Shown here one piece after another: positions 29,003 to 39,702 of a DNA stretch of 64,000 nt; position 1 is the first letter of the stretch; every line of letters begins with the position of its first letter. The stretch comes from Alphaproteobacteria bacterium. GTDB taxonomy: Bacteria; Pseudomonadota; Alphaproteobacteria; JAJFFI01. The DNA lies in NCBI GenBank assembly GCA_030066595.1, contig JASJBI010000057.1:40021-104020 (forward strand), read 5' to 3'. The notes under the pieces were generated by a model. It was not told the DNA's origin. It did no database searches and saw only the letters and a list, made by a program, of their open reading frames with translations. The position numbers were made by a program, and so were the translations under genes.

Positions 29003-29554
29003 TCAGTTAGGTTCGAGTTCGGGGCGGCGACCTTCTATTTCCTGCGTCATGGGGAGACCGACGCCAATAAGAACGGGATCGTTCAGGGGCAGCAGGACAC
29101 GCCGCTGAACGCCCGCGGCCGACGCAGTGCCGAAGAGGCCGGCCTGCGGCTGATGCCGGTAGGGCTCGGATCGATCTATGCAAGTCCCCTGAAACGCGCC
29201 TGGCAGACCGCCACGATCGTCTCGCGCTTGACCGGCGCCCCGGTCCATCCGCTGCCGGGCCTGAAGGAACGCCATTGGGGCATATATGAGGGCCGCCGTA
29301 AGAGCATGCGTCCGCGCGAGCCCGATCCCCCGAGCGTCGAACGGATGGCCGCCTTCAAGTCCCGGGTGCTCGGCGCCCTGCGGACCATCGTCGGACCGCC
29401 GCCGGTGCTTGTGGTGGCACATTCAGGTGTGTTTCGGGTGCTTTGTGCCGAGATCGGCCTCGAGATCACGACGCCCTACTCGGTCGCCAGCACGCAGTTG
29501 CTGCGTTTAGAGCCCCCGGGGACCGATCACCGCTGGCATATTACCGAGGTCTAG
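29003..29554 (+). CDS. Histidine phosphatase family protein (phosphoglycerate mutase-like)
   Basis: FYFLRHGETDAN...DTPLNARGRRSAEEAG is the RHG catalytic motif. Paralog of the gene at 49177-49734. Confidence 0.8.
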   Translation, partial: SVRFEFGAATFYFLRHGETDANKNGIVQGQQDTPLNARGRRSAEEAGLRLMPVGLGSIYASPLKRAWQTATIVSRLTGAPVHPLPGLKERHWGIYEGRRKSMRPREPDPPSVERMAAFKSRVLGALRTIVGPPPVLVVAHSGVFRVLCAEIGLEITTPYSVASTQLLRLEPPGTDHRWHITEV

Positions 29555-29638
29555 AGAAGGAGCCGGTGCAGACAGCTCAAGCCTGTGCGGTCTTGGCACG
29601 GCAGAACGCCCGCGCGCAACCTCGCAGACACCAGCGGC

Positions 29639-30826
29639 TCACGCGAACACTTCCTCCGGCCGTTTGGCGAAATCGGCGGACAGGGCGTCGACGACGATGC
29701 GCAGGATCTCGTTGATGACCTGATCCTTGTAGTCGTTGACGACGATGCGGATGCCCCACCGATCCGCCTCGGACAAGAGGAACGACTGCAACTGCCAGAT
29801 GCCATCGAAGTGCTCGAGATATCTCTCGGCGCGTCGCTGGTCGGCGTGCTTGCCGCGCCCCCGGATCCCCGCCTTGAGCCGCTCGGGATTAAGGACGGCC
29901 AGCATGATCGGGACGACGATGGCGCCGGACTCCACCGGAATCCGGTCGAGCAAAGTGTGCTGTACGTGAACCCCCTCCAGGAGCAGTGAGACCTGCTCCC
30001 TGAGGGCGCGTTTGATGACCGCTTCACAGGGGACGGAGAGCAGCTCCGCCTGGGCTCGGTATCCATCGAGGACCGTGGCATCCGTATCGTTGGCGCGCTC
30101 GCCGCGGCCGGGCAGGGCACGCCAAGCGTCGAAGGAGGAGGTGTGCAGCACCGGTGAAAGGCGCTGCGGAATCATCATGCGCATGACTTCGCGAAGGAGA
30201 TCTGTCGACTGCGTGCGCACGATCCCGAGCCGATGCGCCACTTCGGTGGCCACGACGCTCTTGCCGCTGCCAGGGGCCCCACCGATCAGCACCAGCAAGG
30301 GTCGACCCCCGTGGAAGTAGTCCGCCAGAACCAGATAGCGGCGGGCGGCGCCGGCGCCCAGGGCGCGACGGACATAGCGAAACGTCAGAACCCCGAGATG
30401 GCGGGCCGTAATCTCCGCAACCGCCTTCTTCATCAGATGGTCGAAAATCGCGGTGGTGACCGCCGTGGATCGCTCGTAGGACAGTCCGCTGGACTCGAGA
30501 AGACGGCGATGCTGTTCCCGCGAGAACGGTGTGGTTCGCCCCGCGATGTCACGCACCAGGACCGTGTGGGGCGTGGCGCCCAGCGCCTCGTACCGCTGCA
30601 CGACCGCGGTGCCATACTCTGCCGACAGATGGCGTACGACCGCCTCGTGCAAGTCCGGCGTGGTGATCTCCGGCGTCTCTGCCAACTCCTCGCGCAAGGT
30701 TGAGGCGAGGGCATAGGCCTCATCGAAAGACAGGCCGGCATCCTGCAAAGATCGGGTCAAGATTCCGCGCAGAAACGGAATCTTGGTGTGGTCCTCGCCA
30801 GGCTCAATGACCAGCGTTTTCGCCAA
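29639..30826 (-). CDS. 2-phosphoglycerate kinase-like P-loop kinase with an N-terminal ATP-cone-like domain
   Basis: N-terminus IPFLRGILTRSLQDAGLSFDEAYALASTLREEL resembles the ATP-cone region of archaeal-type 2-phosphoglycerate kinases. P-loop LIGGAPGSGKSVVATEVAHRLGI. Family assignment from memory. Confidence 0.6.
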   Translation of the reverse strand: MAKTLVIEPGEDHTKIPFLRGILTRSLQDAGLSFDEAYALASTLREELAETPEITTPDLHEAVVRHLSAEYGTAVVQRYEALGATPHTVLVRDIAGRTTPFSREQHRRLLESSGLSYERSTAVTTAIFDHLMKKAVAEITARHLGVLTFRYVRRALGAGAARRYLVLADYFHGGRPLLVLIGGAPGSGKSVVATEVAHRLGIVRTQSTDLLREVMRMMIPQRLSPVLHTSSFDAWRALPGRGERANDTDATVLDGYRAQAELLSVPCEAVIKRALREQVSLLLEGVHVQHTLLDRIPVESGAIVVPIMLAVLNPERLKAGIRGRGKHADQRRAERYLEHFDGIWQLQSFLLSEADRWGIRIVVNDYKDQVINEILRIVVDALSADFAKRPEEVFA

Positions 30827-31019
30827 GGGCGCGCTCCGTTCGCTGCAAACTTGAGGATTTGTCCGACGGCTTCATTCGATGCGGTCGAACCGTCACATAC
30901 TCTTGATTTTTGTCAAGATCATACAGCAACGGAGCGGCCCGGAACAGCCGATCCGTCGTTCCAGGCAGACCCCACTTCGCGAATGAAATTTCGGGCCGGG
31001 AGCCTAGGTCAAGCGCTCC

Positions 31020-31475
31020 TCAGTCCTCGTCGGTCGCCCAGGCGGCGGACTTGGCGACCTGATCCTCCAGCGCACCGCGGATCCAGGTCAGCTCGGAAAG
31101 GACATTTTTGACCACGTCATTGATGCTGACGAGGCCCACCAATGCTCCGTCCTCCAGCACCGGCAGATGCCGCAGGTGACCACTTAACATCTGGTTCATC
31201 AGCTCTTCCGTGTCGGTCTCTGGCGTACAGGTCACGACCGACCGGGTCATCAGATCCGCGACGGATAGATCGAGCGTCTGCGCGCCGCGATCCGCGATGC
31301 TGCGCACGATATCGCGCTCGGAGATGATGCCGGCGATGGCCCCCTCATCCGTATTGACCAAGACGGCGCCAATCTGCTCGTCCCGCAGGATCTCGGCGAC
31401 CTCGGTCACAGCGGTGGCCTCGCGCGTTGTGACGACCCGTTCGCCCTTCTCCTTCAGAATGTCCGCAACCTGCAT
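31020..31475 (-). CDS. CBS-pair domain protein
   Basis: Two CBS motifs (VADILKEKGERVVT...IGAVLV...GIISERDIV; ADLMTRSVVTC...HLPVLEDGALVGLVSINDVV). Confidence 0.8.
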   Translation of the reverse strand: MQVADILKEKGERVVTTREATAVTEVAEILRDEQIGAVLVNTDEGAIAGIISERDIVRSIADRGAQTLDLSVADLMTRSVVTCTPETDTEELMNQMLSGHLRHLPVLEDGALVGLVSINDVVKNVLSELTWIRGALEDQVAKSAAWATDED

Positions 31476-31631
31476 TTTATGTTTCTCCTTGCTGCGACCC
31501 GACCTGGACTCCCATTCCCTCAAGCTTAGCCTGCGCCAGGCATGTTAAGGAAGGCCGGCGCCCGGCCCACCAGGCTTCGCTGACCAGGCCACGTCAGACA
31601 GGCGACGGAGGCTGCGCGTGTGGCGGCAACG

Positions 31632-32141
31632 TCAACTCGTCATGACGCCTACACCGATGAGCACCGCAAACCCCGCGACCAGAGCGATCAAGGCCTTGTT
31701 CTTGGTGGCGAACGACTTGACGTCTCGATTGAGCCCTTCGATCTCCTGCTCCTGCTCGCGGACGACCCAGCTCGTCAGGTCGCCGCTGGAGATCATCGCA
31801 AGCAGTTTGTCACCGTCCATGATCGGCAGATGCCGCACGCGACGCTCGGAGACCTGACGCATCGCCTCTTCGACGGTCATCGACGGTGGGACGCTGTACG
31901 GGTTCTCGGTCATGACCTGCGCGACCTGTGTCGTCTGAGGATCCAACGAGTCGTTCACCACACGGAACAATACGTCGCGCTCCGTGAAGATCCCGGCCAC
32001 CTTGTCGTCGGCGCGCACCAAGAGCGCACCCACCTTTTGGTCGTGCATTTTCTGGACGGCCTCGGCGACGGACGCATCCGGTGCGATCGCATGCACCTCT
32101 GAACCCTTCGATTTTGCGATCTCACTCAGCTGACTTTGCAT
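31632..32141 (-). CDS. CBS-pair domain protein with a C-terminal transmembrane anchor
   Basis: Two CBS motifs and a terminal hydrophobic helix (ALIALVAGFAVLIGVGVM). Confidence 0.8.
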   Translation of the reverse strand: MQSQLSEIAKSKGSEVHAIAPDASVAEAVQKMHDQKVGALLVRADDKVAGIFTERDVLFRVVNDSLDPQTTQVAQVMTENPYSVPPSMTVEEAMRQVSERRVRHLPIMDGDKLLAMISSGDLTSWVVREQEQEIEGLNRDVKSFATKNKALIALVAGFAVLIGVGVMTS

Positions 32142-32221
32142 GGCTGGATCTCCCCCTCGCGCTCAGTGCAACTCGGCTTTCCCGAAAGGCCGCAGTATTC
32201 TGCGCGGTTTCGGATCCCGCA

Positions 32222-32235
32222 TTGAGATATCTCAA
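32222..32235. promoter_or_regulatory. FixK/FNR-type box TTGAGATATCTCAA
   Basis: Perfect TTGA-N6-TCAA palindrome, about 80 nt upstream of the CBS-TM gene start at 32141. Confidence 0.55.
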
Positions 32236-32308
32236 TATTTTCCCTTCGATGATCGGAGCGCCGGCGGAGCGTCGTCGGCAGGCCATCGCAATCGCTCGAT
32301 AGACCGGG

Positions 32309-33385
32309 CTAAGACGTTCGGGCTGAACCGGCCGCGCGGGCAGCCCCTGCCATCCCCGGCGCGACAGCGCCGGTGTTGTCCAAGTGCGCCTTGAGAAGGT
32401 CATCCAGTTCGGGCCAGGATCTGTCATCCATAAGATTCAATGCCTTGAGCCCCGACAGCCGATCGATCAGCGCGACGCCGGCTTCCGTGCTGGTGGCCAT
32501 GCCGGCGACCAGGTCGGCCTTTCTGCCGAAGGCGTCGATGACGCCGAGCACCGAATAGGGATCGGACGCGCACAGCACCATGCAACGGACATGTGGGTCG
32601 ATCTGAGCCACCGCCACGGCACCATTGTAGGGCTCGAGTGGCGAGGCGCCCGCCTCCGCGACCAAGACGTCCGCAGACGCGCCAGCCATCATCGACATGA
32701 GCTGTTGTAGAGCGTCACGGTACTCGTCCTCCGGACACACGGTCGACGGCAAGCCCACGTCGACGAAATCGAAGATTTCCATGGCGCCCGCATCCAGCAT
32801 CCCCAGGATATCGCGATAGCGTCCGGCGCCGGTGAGCTTGGCGCCGATCACTGTGAGGCCCATCTCCGTGAGCCTGCGAATGATGATTTTTGCCGAGGTT
32901 GTCTTGCCGGCCGACATGGAGCTGCCAACCAGGAGTACGATCGGCAGCGTGAATTCGGCCGGGCCGCCCCGATGCGCATAGTCCCGCATGCGTGCGGGTT
33001 TGCCCTGGACCATGACATGTCCCTGATACTGCACCGGGATTGGCGGTGAGCAGTAAGGGGACTTCGATTCGACCTTTCCGAAGATGCCGGCCCCAGTCAG
33101 CGCCGTCATCCGTCCGTCCTCGCCGATATGCTTCCAGTCTCCGGTCAGCTCCAGGGTGGCAAACCGATTCCCGAAGGCGCCAACGATCAGGTCCCCTTCG
33201 GTCACCTCGATCATCCGGCCCGAGGTGAGCTCCAGCATGGCGCCGCGACTTGGCGGCTCGTTCACCAAGCCGACGACGTAATCGCCGGTTTGCCAGCTTC
33301 CACGGCCTTGCGGTTCGACCTCGAAGTCGATCTCGGAAAAGTCGGTAATGCGTGTCAACGAGGAAAAAAGGTAGTTGTGTCTCAT
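32309..33385 (-). CDS. P-loop NTPase-like protein (DUF1611-like or cyclic 2,3-diphosphoglycerate synthetase-like; uncertain)
   Basis: Walker A LLVGSSMSAGKTTSAKIIIRRL in the middle of a 358-aa protein. Its ATG overlaps the upstream M20 peptidase stop (ATGA). I cannot discriminate the family by eye. Confidence 0.5.
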   Translation of the reverse strand: MRHNYLFSSLTRITDFSEIDFEVEPQGRGSWQTGDYVVGLVNEPPSRGAMLELTSGRMIEVTEGDLIVGAFGNRFATLELTGDWKHIGEDGRMTALTGAGIFGKVESKSPYCSPPIPVQYQGHVMVQGKPARMRDYAHRGGPAEFTLPIVLLVGSSMSAGKTTSAKIIIRRLTEMGLTVIGAKLTGAGRYRDILGMLDAGAMEIFDFVDVGLPSTVCPEDEYRDALQQLMSMMAGASADVLVAEAGASPLEPYNGAVAVAQIDPHVRCMVLCASDPYSVLGVIDAFGRKADLVAGMATSTEAGVALIDRLSGLKALNLMDDRSWPELDDLLKAHLDNTGAVAPGMAGAARAAGSARTS

Positions 33386-34629
33386 GAGTCCTGTCCTTCA
33401 AGCGCGGGAACGGGCGCCGGGACCGCGTCGCTGGTCTTGGTCAGCCCTGATCCGCGCAGATCCGGTGCGACCAAGAGCAGAGCGAGCAGCGCGCTGCGCT
33501 CTACCAAACTGTCGAGGTAGACGAACTCGTGTTCCGCGTGCGCGCCGTCTCCGACCGCACCGAGTCCGTCAAGGGTTGCCGTATACAGGCTGGTAGTTGC
33601 CCCGTCCGAGCCGCCGCCGGCCATCCCTTCTTCCAGCGCCAGGCCGAGCACCGCTGCCGCTTCCTGGGCCAAAGCCCACAGTTCCCTGTTGCGCGGAGTG
33701 GACTCCATCGGAGGCCGCCCCATGCGGCCGCTCACCTTCAGCGAGACGCCCGGGGTGGTCGGCTGCAGGCTGGTAATTGCCTGCTCGACGCGGCCCGCGG
33801 CCGCCTGCGTTGGTACCCGGACATCGACAACGGCCCGGCTGGTCGGGGCGATGACGTTCGGTCCGAGCCCCCCTTCAATCTGACCGACATTGACCGTAAC
33901 ACCGCTGTCCGAATCGTTGAGGGCGAACAGCGCCTGGATCGCATAAGACAGTTCCAGGATCGCGCTGGCCCCGGCCTCGGGGTCGAGACCGGCATGTGCC
34001 GCCTTGCCCTGCGCCTCGATGGTAAACCGCCCGACCCCCTTGCGGGTTGTCTTGAGCTTGCCCTCGGGTCCGAGCGAAGGCTCGAATACGAAGGCACGGC
34101 GGGAACGACGCGCGATATGGCGGATCAGGCGGGCCGACTCGAAACTGCCGATCTCCTCGTCCGTGTTGATCAGGACGACCGGCGTCACATCTGGCGAGAT
34201 GTCGAGTTGCGCCAGTGCCTTGAGCGCAAAGATCACCTGTACGAGACCGGCCTTCATGTCATAGACGCCGGGTCCGTGCATGCAGCCGTCCTTGACGATC
34301 AGCGGCATGTCCTTGAGCGTGCCGATAGGCCAGACCGTGTCGCAATGACCGAGCAGCAGCTGCAGCGGCTGGCCACGGCGATGACGGCGTGGTCGGGCAT
34401 ACAGCTGGCCACCGGTGGCGCGGCCGGGGATCAAGCGAACCTCAAGGTCAAGCTCGCTCAGTGCTTCGAATAGGATGGTCAGGACGCCCTGCTGGGCTTC
34501 CGGGACTCGCGACGGCGATTCGGCGAGAACGAGGCGCTCCAGAAGGGCGACCATTTCCGCATACTGGGCGCCGAGCGTATCCAGGACGCTCTTGGCCAGG
34601 CGGCCGTCCATCGGATCAGGCGGCGACAT
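33382..34629 (-). CDS. M20-family metallopeptidase/deacylase (carboxypeptidase G2, ArgE or DapE-like)
   Basis: HCDTVWP...DMKAGL...NTDEEIGS...GKAAHAG are motifs of the M20 catalytic and dimerisation domains. Confidence 0.8.
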   Translation of the reverse strand: MSPPDPMDGRLAKSVLDTLGAQYAEMVALLERLVLAESPSRVPEAQQGVLTILFEALSELDLEVRLIPGRATGGQLYARPRRHRRGQPLQLLLGHCDTVWPIGTLKDMPLIVKDGCMHGPGVYDMKAGLVQVIFALKALAQLDISPDVTPVVLINTDEEIGSFESARLIRHIARRSRRAFVFEPSLGPEGKLKTTRKGVGRFTIEAQGKAAHAGLDPEAGASAILELSYAIQALFALNDSDSGVTVNVGQIEGGLGPNVIAPTSRAVVDVRVPTQAAAGRVEQAITSLQPTTPGVSLKVSGRMGRPPMESTPRNRELWALAQEAAAVLGLALEEGMAGGGSDGATTSLYTATLDGLGAVGDGAHAEHEFVYLDSLVERSALLALLLVAPDLRGSGLTKTSDAVPAPVPALEGQDS

Positions 34630-34746
34630 GCGGCGCGCCGCCCGCGGACGCCAATCGCGTGCCCGCGCGGACCTCCGTTGCAAGCAGGGATGGCTGATCG
34701 GCTCTCTTGCTCTCAGGGCGGAATCGGGTCATGGCGATCGGCCCAC

Positions 34747-35352
34747 TCAGCGCTTGAATCCGGCTGGGAACGGGAATGCAAGGCTCTCCCGGATGGTGGC
34801 GAACCGCCCGGGATGGAGATAGGCCAGCAGTGGCGAGTCATGGAACAGCTCGCTGTCGTCGCGCTCGGACTCGCGGAGGGCGTCTTCGGGCACATGGGCG
34901 GCGACGACTCGGCCGGTGATCAGGCTGTTTCCGGAAAAGCCGTCAATGATCTTGTGCAGCCGGCACTCCAGGAACAGGCTGCCGTCCCGCACGAACTCGC
35001 CGTCCACCTCGCGGGCCGGAATCGTGTGCAGAGCCATGAGGTTGGGTTTGCTGCCGTCGCCGCAGCGCGGCCCGGCGGCGATGCTGGTCAGCACGACCTG
35101 TGTCGGGCGCGGATAGCTGACCGTGAAGACCTGTTCCCGCTCGATGTTCTTGTAGGTGCCGTGTTTCGGCGTGCAGACGAAGCCGAAGAAATTGTCCCAG
35201 CTCATCGGCATGGCCATGTGCTTGGGCGCCAGGTCGTAGCTGCCGTCGGCCTCACGAGTCCCGATCAGCACAAGAGGAAAGACCGTAAAGAATCGATCCC
35301 AAATGGGATGATCCGTGGCCAGAGTAACAAGGCCGTCTTGAACATGCGACAT
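34747..35352 (-). CDS. Flavin reductase-like (FMN-binding split-barrel) domain protein
   Basis: FFTVFPLVLIGTREADGSYDLAPKHMAMPMS fits the flavin reductase-like fold pattern. Confidence 0.7.
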   Translation of the reverse strand: MSHVQDGLVTLATDHPIWDRFFTVFPLVLIGTREADGSYDLAPKHMAMPMSWDNFFGFVCTPKHGTYKNIEREQVFTVSYPRPTQVVLTSIAAGPRCGDGSKPNLMALHTIPAREVDGEFVRDGSLFLECRLHKIIDGFSGNSLITGRVVAAHVPEDALRESERDDSELFHDSPLLAYLHPGRFATIRESLAFPFPAGFKR

Positions 35353-35480
35353 GGCGATTTTCCAAGCTATTCTAGCAGCAAGATAGCCTCGCCAATCATA
35401 GCGCTGCCGGTGCGCCTCGATATATGACCTGCATCAAGAAACGCGCGGGGCCGGGGCTCGGACAGAGAGCGCCGGGTTGC

Positions 35481-36002
35481 TCAGTGGCGGCGCGGCAGAT
35501 CGCCTGCAGCCGACTCGCGGCGACCGAGCCAGAGCGGCTCGGTGCCTTCGGGCAGGGTCTTGCAGAACATGAAATGGTCCATGCGGTGTCCGCGACTGGT
35601 TAGGCTGTCGCGCAGCGCGCGATTGCCCCTTTGCGGCAGGTCGAGCAGCAAGCTGGTATGGATCGCCCTGCAGTCGCATTCTGCCGCCACCTGCTCGACG
35701 CCCTCGATCAAGAGGGCGAAGGCGGCTTCGGTCGATTGACGGACGGGCGCCAGGACCAAAGCGTCCTTGGCCAGCAAGGTTCGACCGTGCTTGAGATCGG
35801 TGTAGATCGTGTAGAAGATCAGGCCGAGGATGTAGCCCTGTTCCGTTTCGACGGTCAGGATGCCATGGTCGGCGCTCGCTGCTGGCCTCAGATGTTCCGT
35901 CGCGAGTGCGCACCAGCCCTCCAAGGAGAGATCAGGACGCATCGCCTGGATCAGTGGATAGGCTTGAGCGACCTTGGTGCGGCAAAGTGGCGCGAGTCTC
36001 AT
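35481..36002 (-). CDS. Hypothetical protein, possibly GNAT-like fold
   Basis: 174-aa ORF starting MRLAPL. The track's 36218 start is an upstream extension. Divergent from fnrL. Confidence 0.4.
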   Translation of the reverse strand: MRLAPLCRTKVAQAYPLIQAMRPDLSLEGWCALATEHLRPAASADHGILTVETEQGYILGLIFYTIYTDLKHGRTLLAKDALVLAPVRQSTEAAFALLIEGVEQVAAECDCRAIHTSLLLDLPQRGNRALRDSLTSRGHRMDHFMFCKTLPEGTEPLWLGRRESAAGDLPRRH

Positions 36003-36275
36003 CTGCGGTCCGACCGTAATCCCGCATTTGCCCAGGGATCCTGACCGAACAGCGACACGACGTCGTTGAGCTATGTCAAAACTGAGCGTTGCGTCGTCTA
36101 TGGGGTTGTTTGCTCCAAGGCCGCCGCCTGCGGTCCGGCATGATGCGGCGTGCTTGCAGCGCATGTTAACCCTAACTCCCCCGTCAAAACCGATACACCT
36201 CCACAGTTTCGAGCGCATTGCTTGCCTGCCAACGGCTTATCAGGCATGTTTGAAACCGGGGAGGACAGCACGAAT

Positions 36276-37061
36276 ATGGCCAAGGCTGCCAAGCCTTTGA
36301 CCGAGCTGGAGGGCACCACTGCGCTGCCGCGTGCGGTACCGCGCGGGGGGCCGGGTGTGGCGCCGTGCGGCGCCTGCGCGGTGCGGCCCTTGGCCATCTG
36401 CGCGGCTATGCCGCTCGAGCATCTCGCTCAGCTTGCGGCGATCGTCACAAGCGTCAGCCTCACCGCAGGCCAGCCGCTGTTCCTCGAAGGCGAGCCGGCG
36501 CGGCATCACTTCATCGTCACAGGAGGCGCCCTCAAGATCTATAAGCTGCTGTCCGACGGCCGGCGGCAGGTGACCGGCTTCGTGTTTCCCTCGGATTTCC
36601 TCGGCCTCGCCAACAAGGAGACCTATGCCTACAGCGCCGAGGCCATGACCCGGACCGAGCTGTGCCGCTTCCGCCGGGAAAAGCTCGAGGCGATGCTGGA
36701 TCGCTTCCCACAGCTTGAGAGACGCCTGCTGGCGGTGGCCAATGACGAGCTTGCAGCCGCCCAGGAGCGGATGCTGTTGTTGGGCCGCAAGACGGCCAAG
36801 GAGCGCATTGCCTCGTTCCTGACGACCCTGGGCAGGACCACGTCCCGTCGGGGAGAGAGCAAGCAGGTCGTCACCCTCCCCATGAGCCGGACGGACATCG
36901 GCGACTACCTGGGCCTCAGCACAGAGACCGTGAGCCGCACGTTCACCGAGCTAAAGCTGGCGGGCATCGTGCGGCTCGAGCCCAAGAGCCGCGTGCGTAT
37001 TCTGGATGACCGCAAGATCAACCTGCTGGCGGAATGCGAAGACGCGACACTGGGGCTTTGA
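36276..37061 (+). CDS. fnrL: FNR/FnrL-type oxygen-sensing transcriptional regulator (Crp/Fnr family with 4-Cys cluster)
   Basis: N-terminal CGACAVRPLAIC plus a central Cys (TELCRF) in the canonical FNR [4Fe-4S] ligand spacing. HTH DIGDYLGLSTETVSRTFTELK carries the E--SR recognition motif for TTGAT half-sites. Confidence 0.85.
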   Translation: MAKAAKPLTELEGTTALPRAVPRGGPGVAPCGACAVRPLAICAAMPLEHLAQLAAIVTSVSLTAGQPLFLEGEPARHHFIVTGGALKIYKLLSDGRRQVTGFVFPSDFLGLANKETYAYSAEAMTRTELCRFRREKLEAMLDRFPQLERRLLAVANDELAAAQERMLLLGRKTAKERIASFLTTLGRTTSRRGESKQVVTLPMSRTDIGDYLGLSTETVSRTFTELKLAGIVRLEPKSRVRILDDRKINLLAECEDATLGL

Positions 37062-37144
37062 GGGGGCCGGCGCGCAACGCCGGCCCCTGTCGACAGTCCG
37101 GCTGACCTACTCCGAGCCTTGAGTCGGGCGGCGCGCCGCTCCGT

Positions 37145-39460
<2,316 letters not shown>

Positions 39461-39601
39461 ATCGCCTCCCCTCGTCGTCCCGCGCGGGCCACGCAATCAG
39501 GCCCCCACGCAGGACAAACCACGTCCCTCACCTGATCCGGCCATTTTGGCCGGTCCAGGCAACGCGATTTTTTCTCTTATCGCGCCCCGTCCGAGCCCGC
39601 A

Positions 39602-39615
39602 TTGAGCCAGCTCAA
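39602..39615. promoter_or_regulatory. FixK/FNR-type box TTGAGCCAGCTCAA
   Basis: Perfect TTGA-N6-TCAA palindrome, about 140 nt upstream of the ppk1 start at 39460. Confidence 0.55.
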
Positions 39616-39702
39616 TAATCGCTGAAACTGGCTCCGCCCGGCGTCTGGGGCGCCGATCGCTTCACGACTGAGTATACACCCGTCAGCCCCGATCGGGCAG
39701 GA

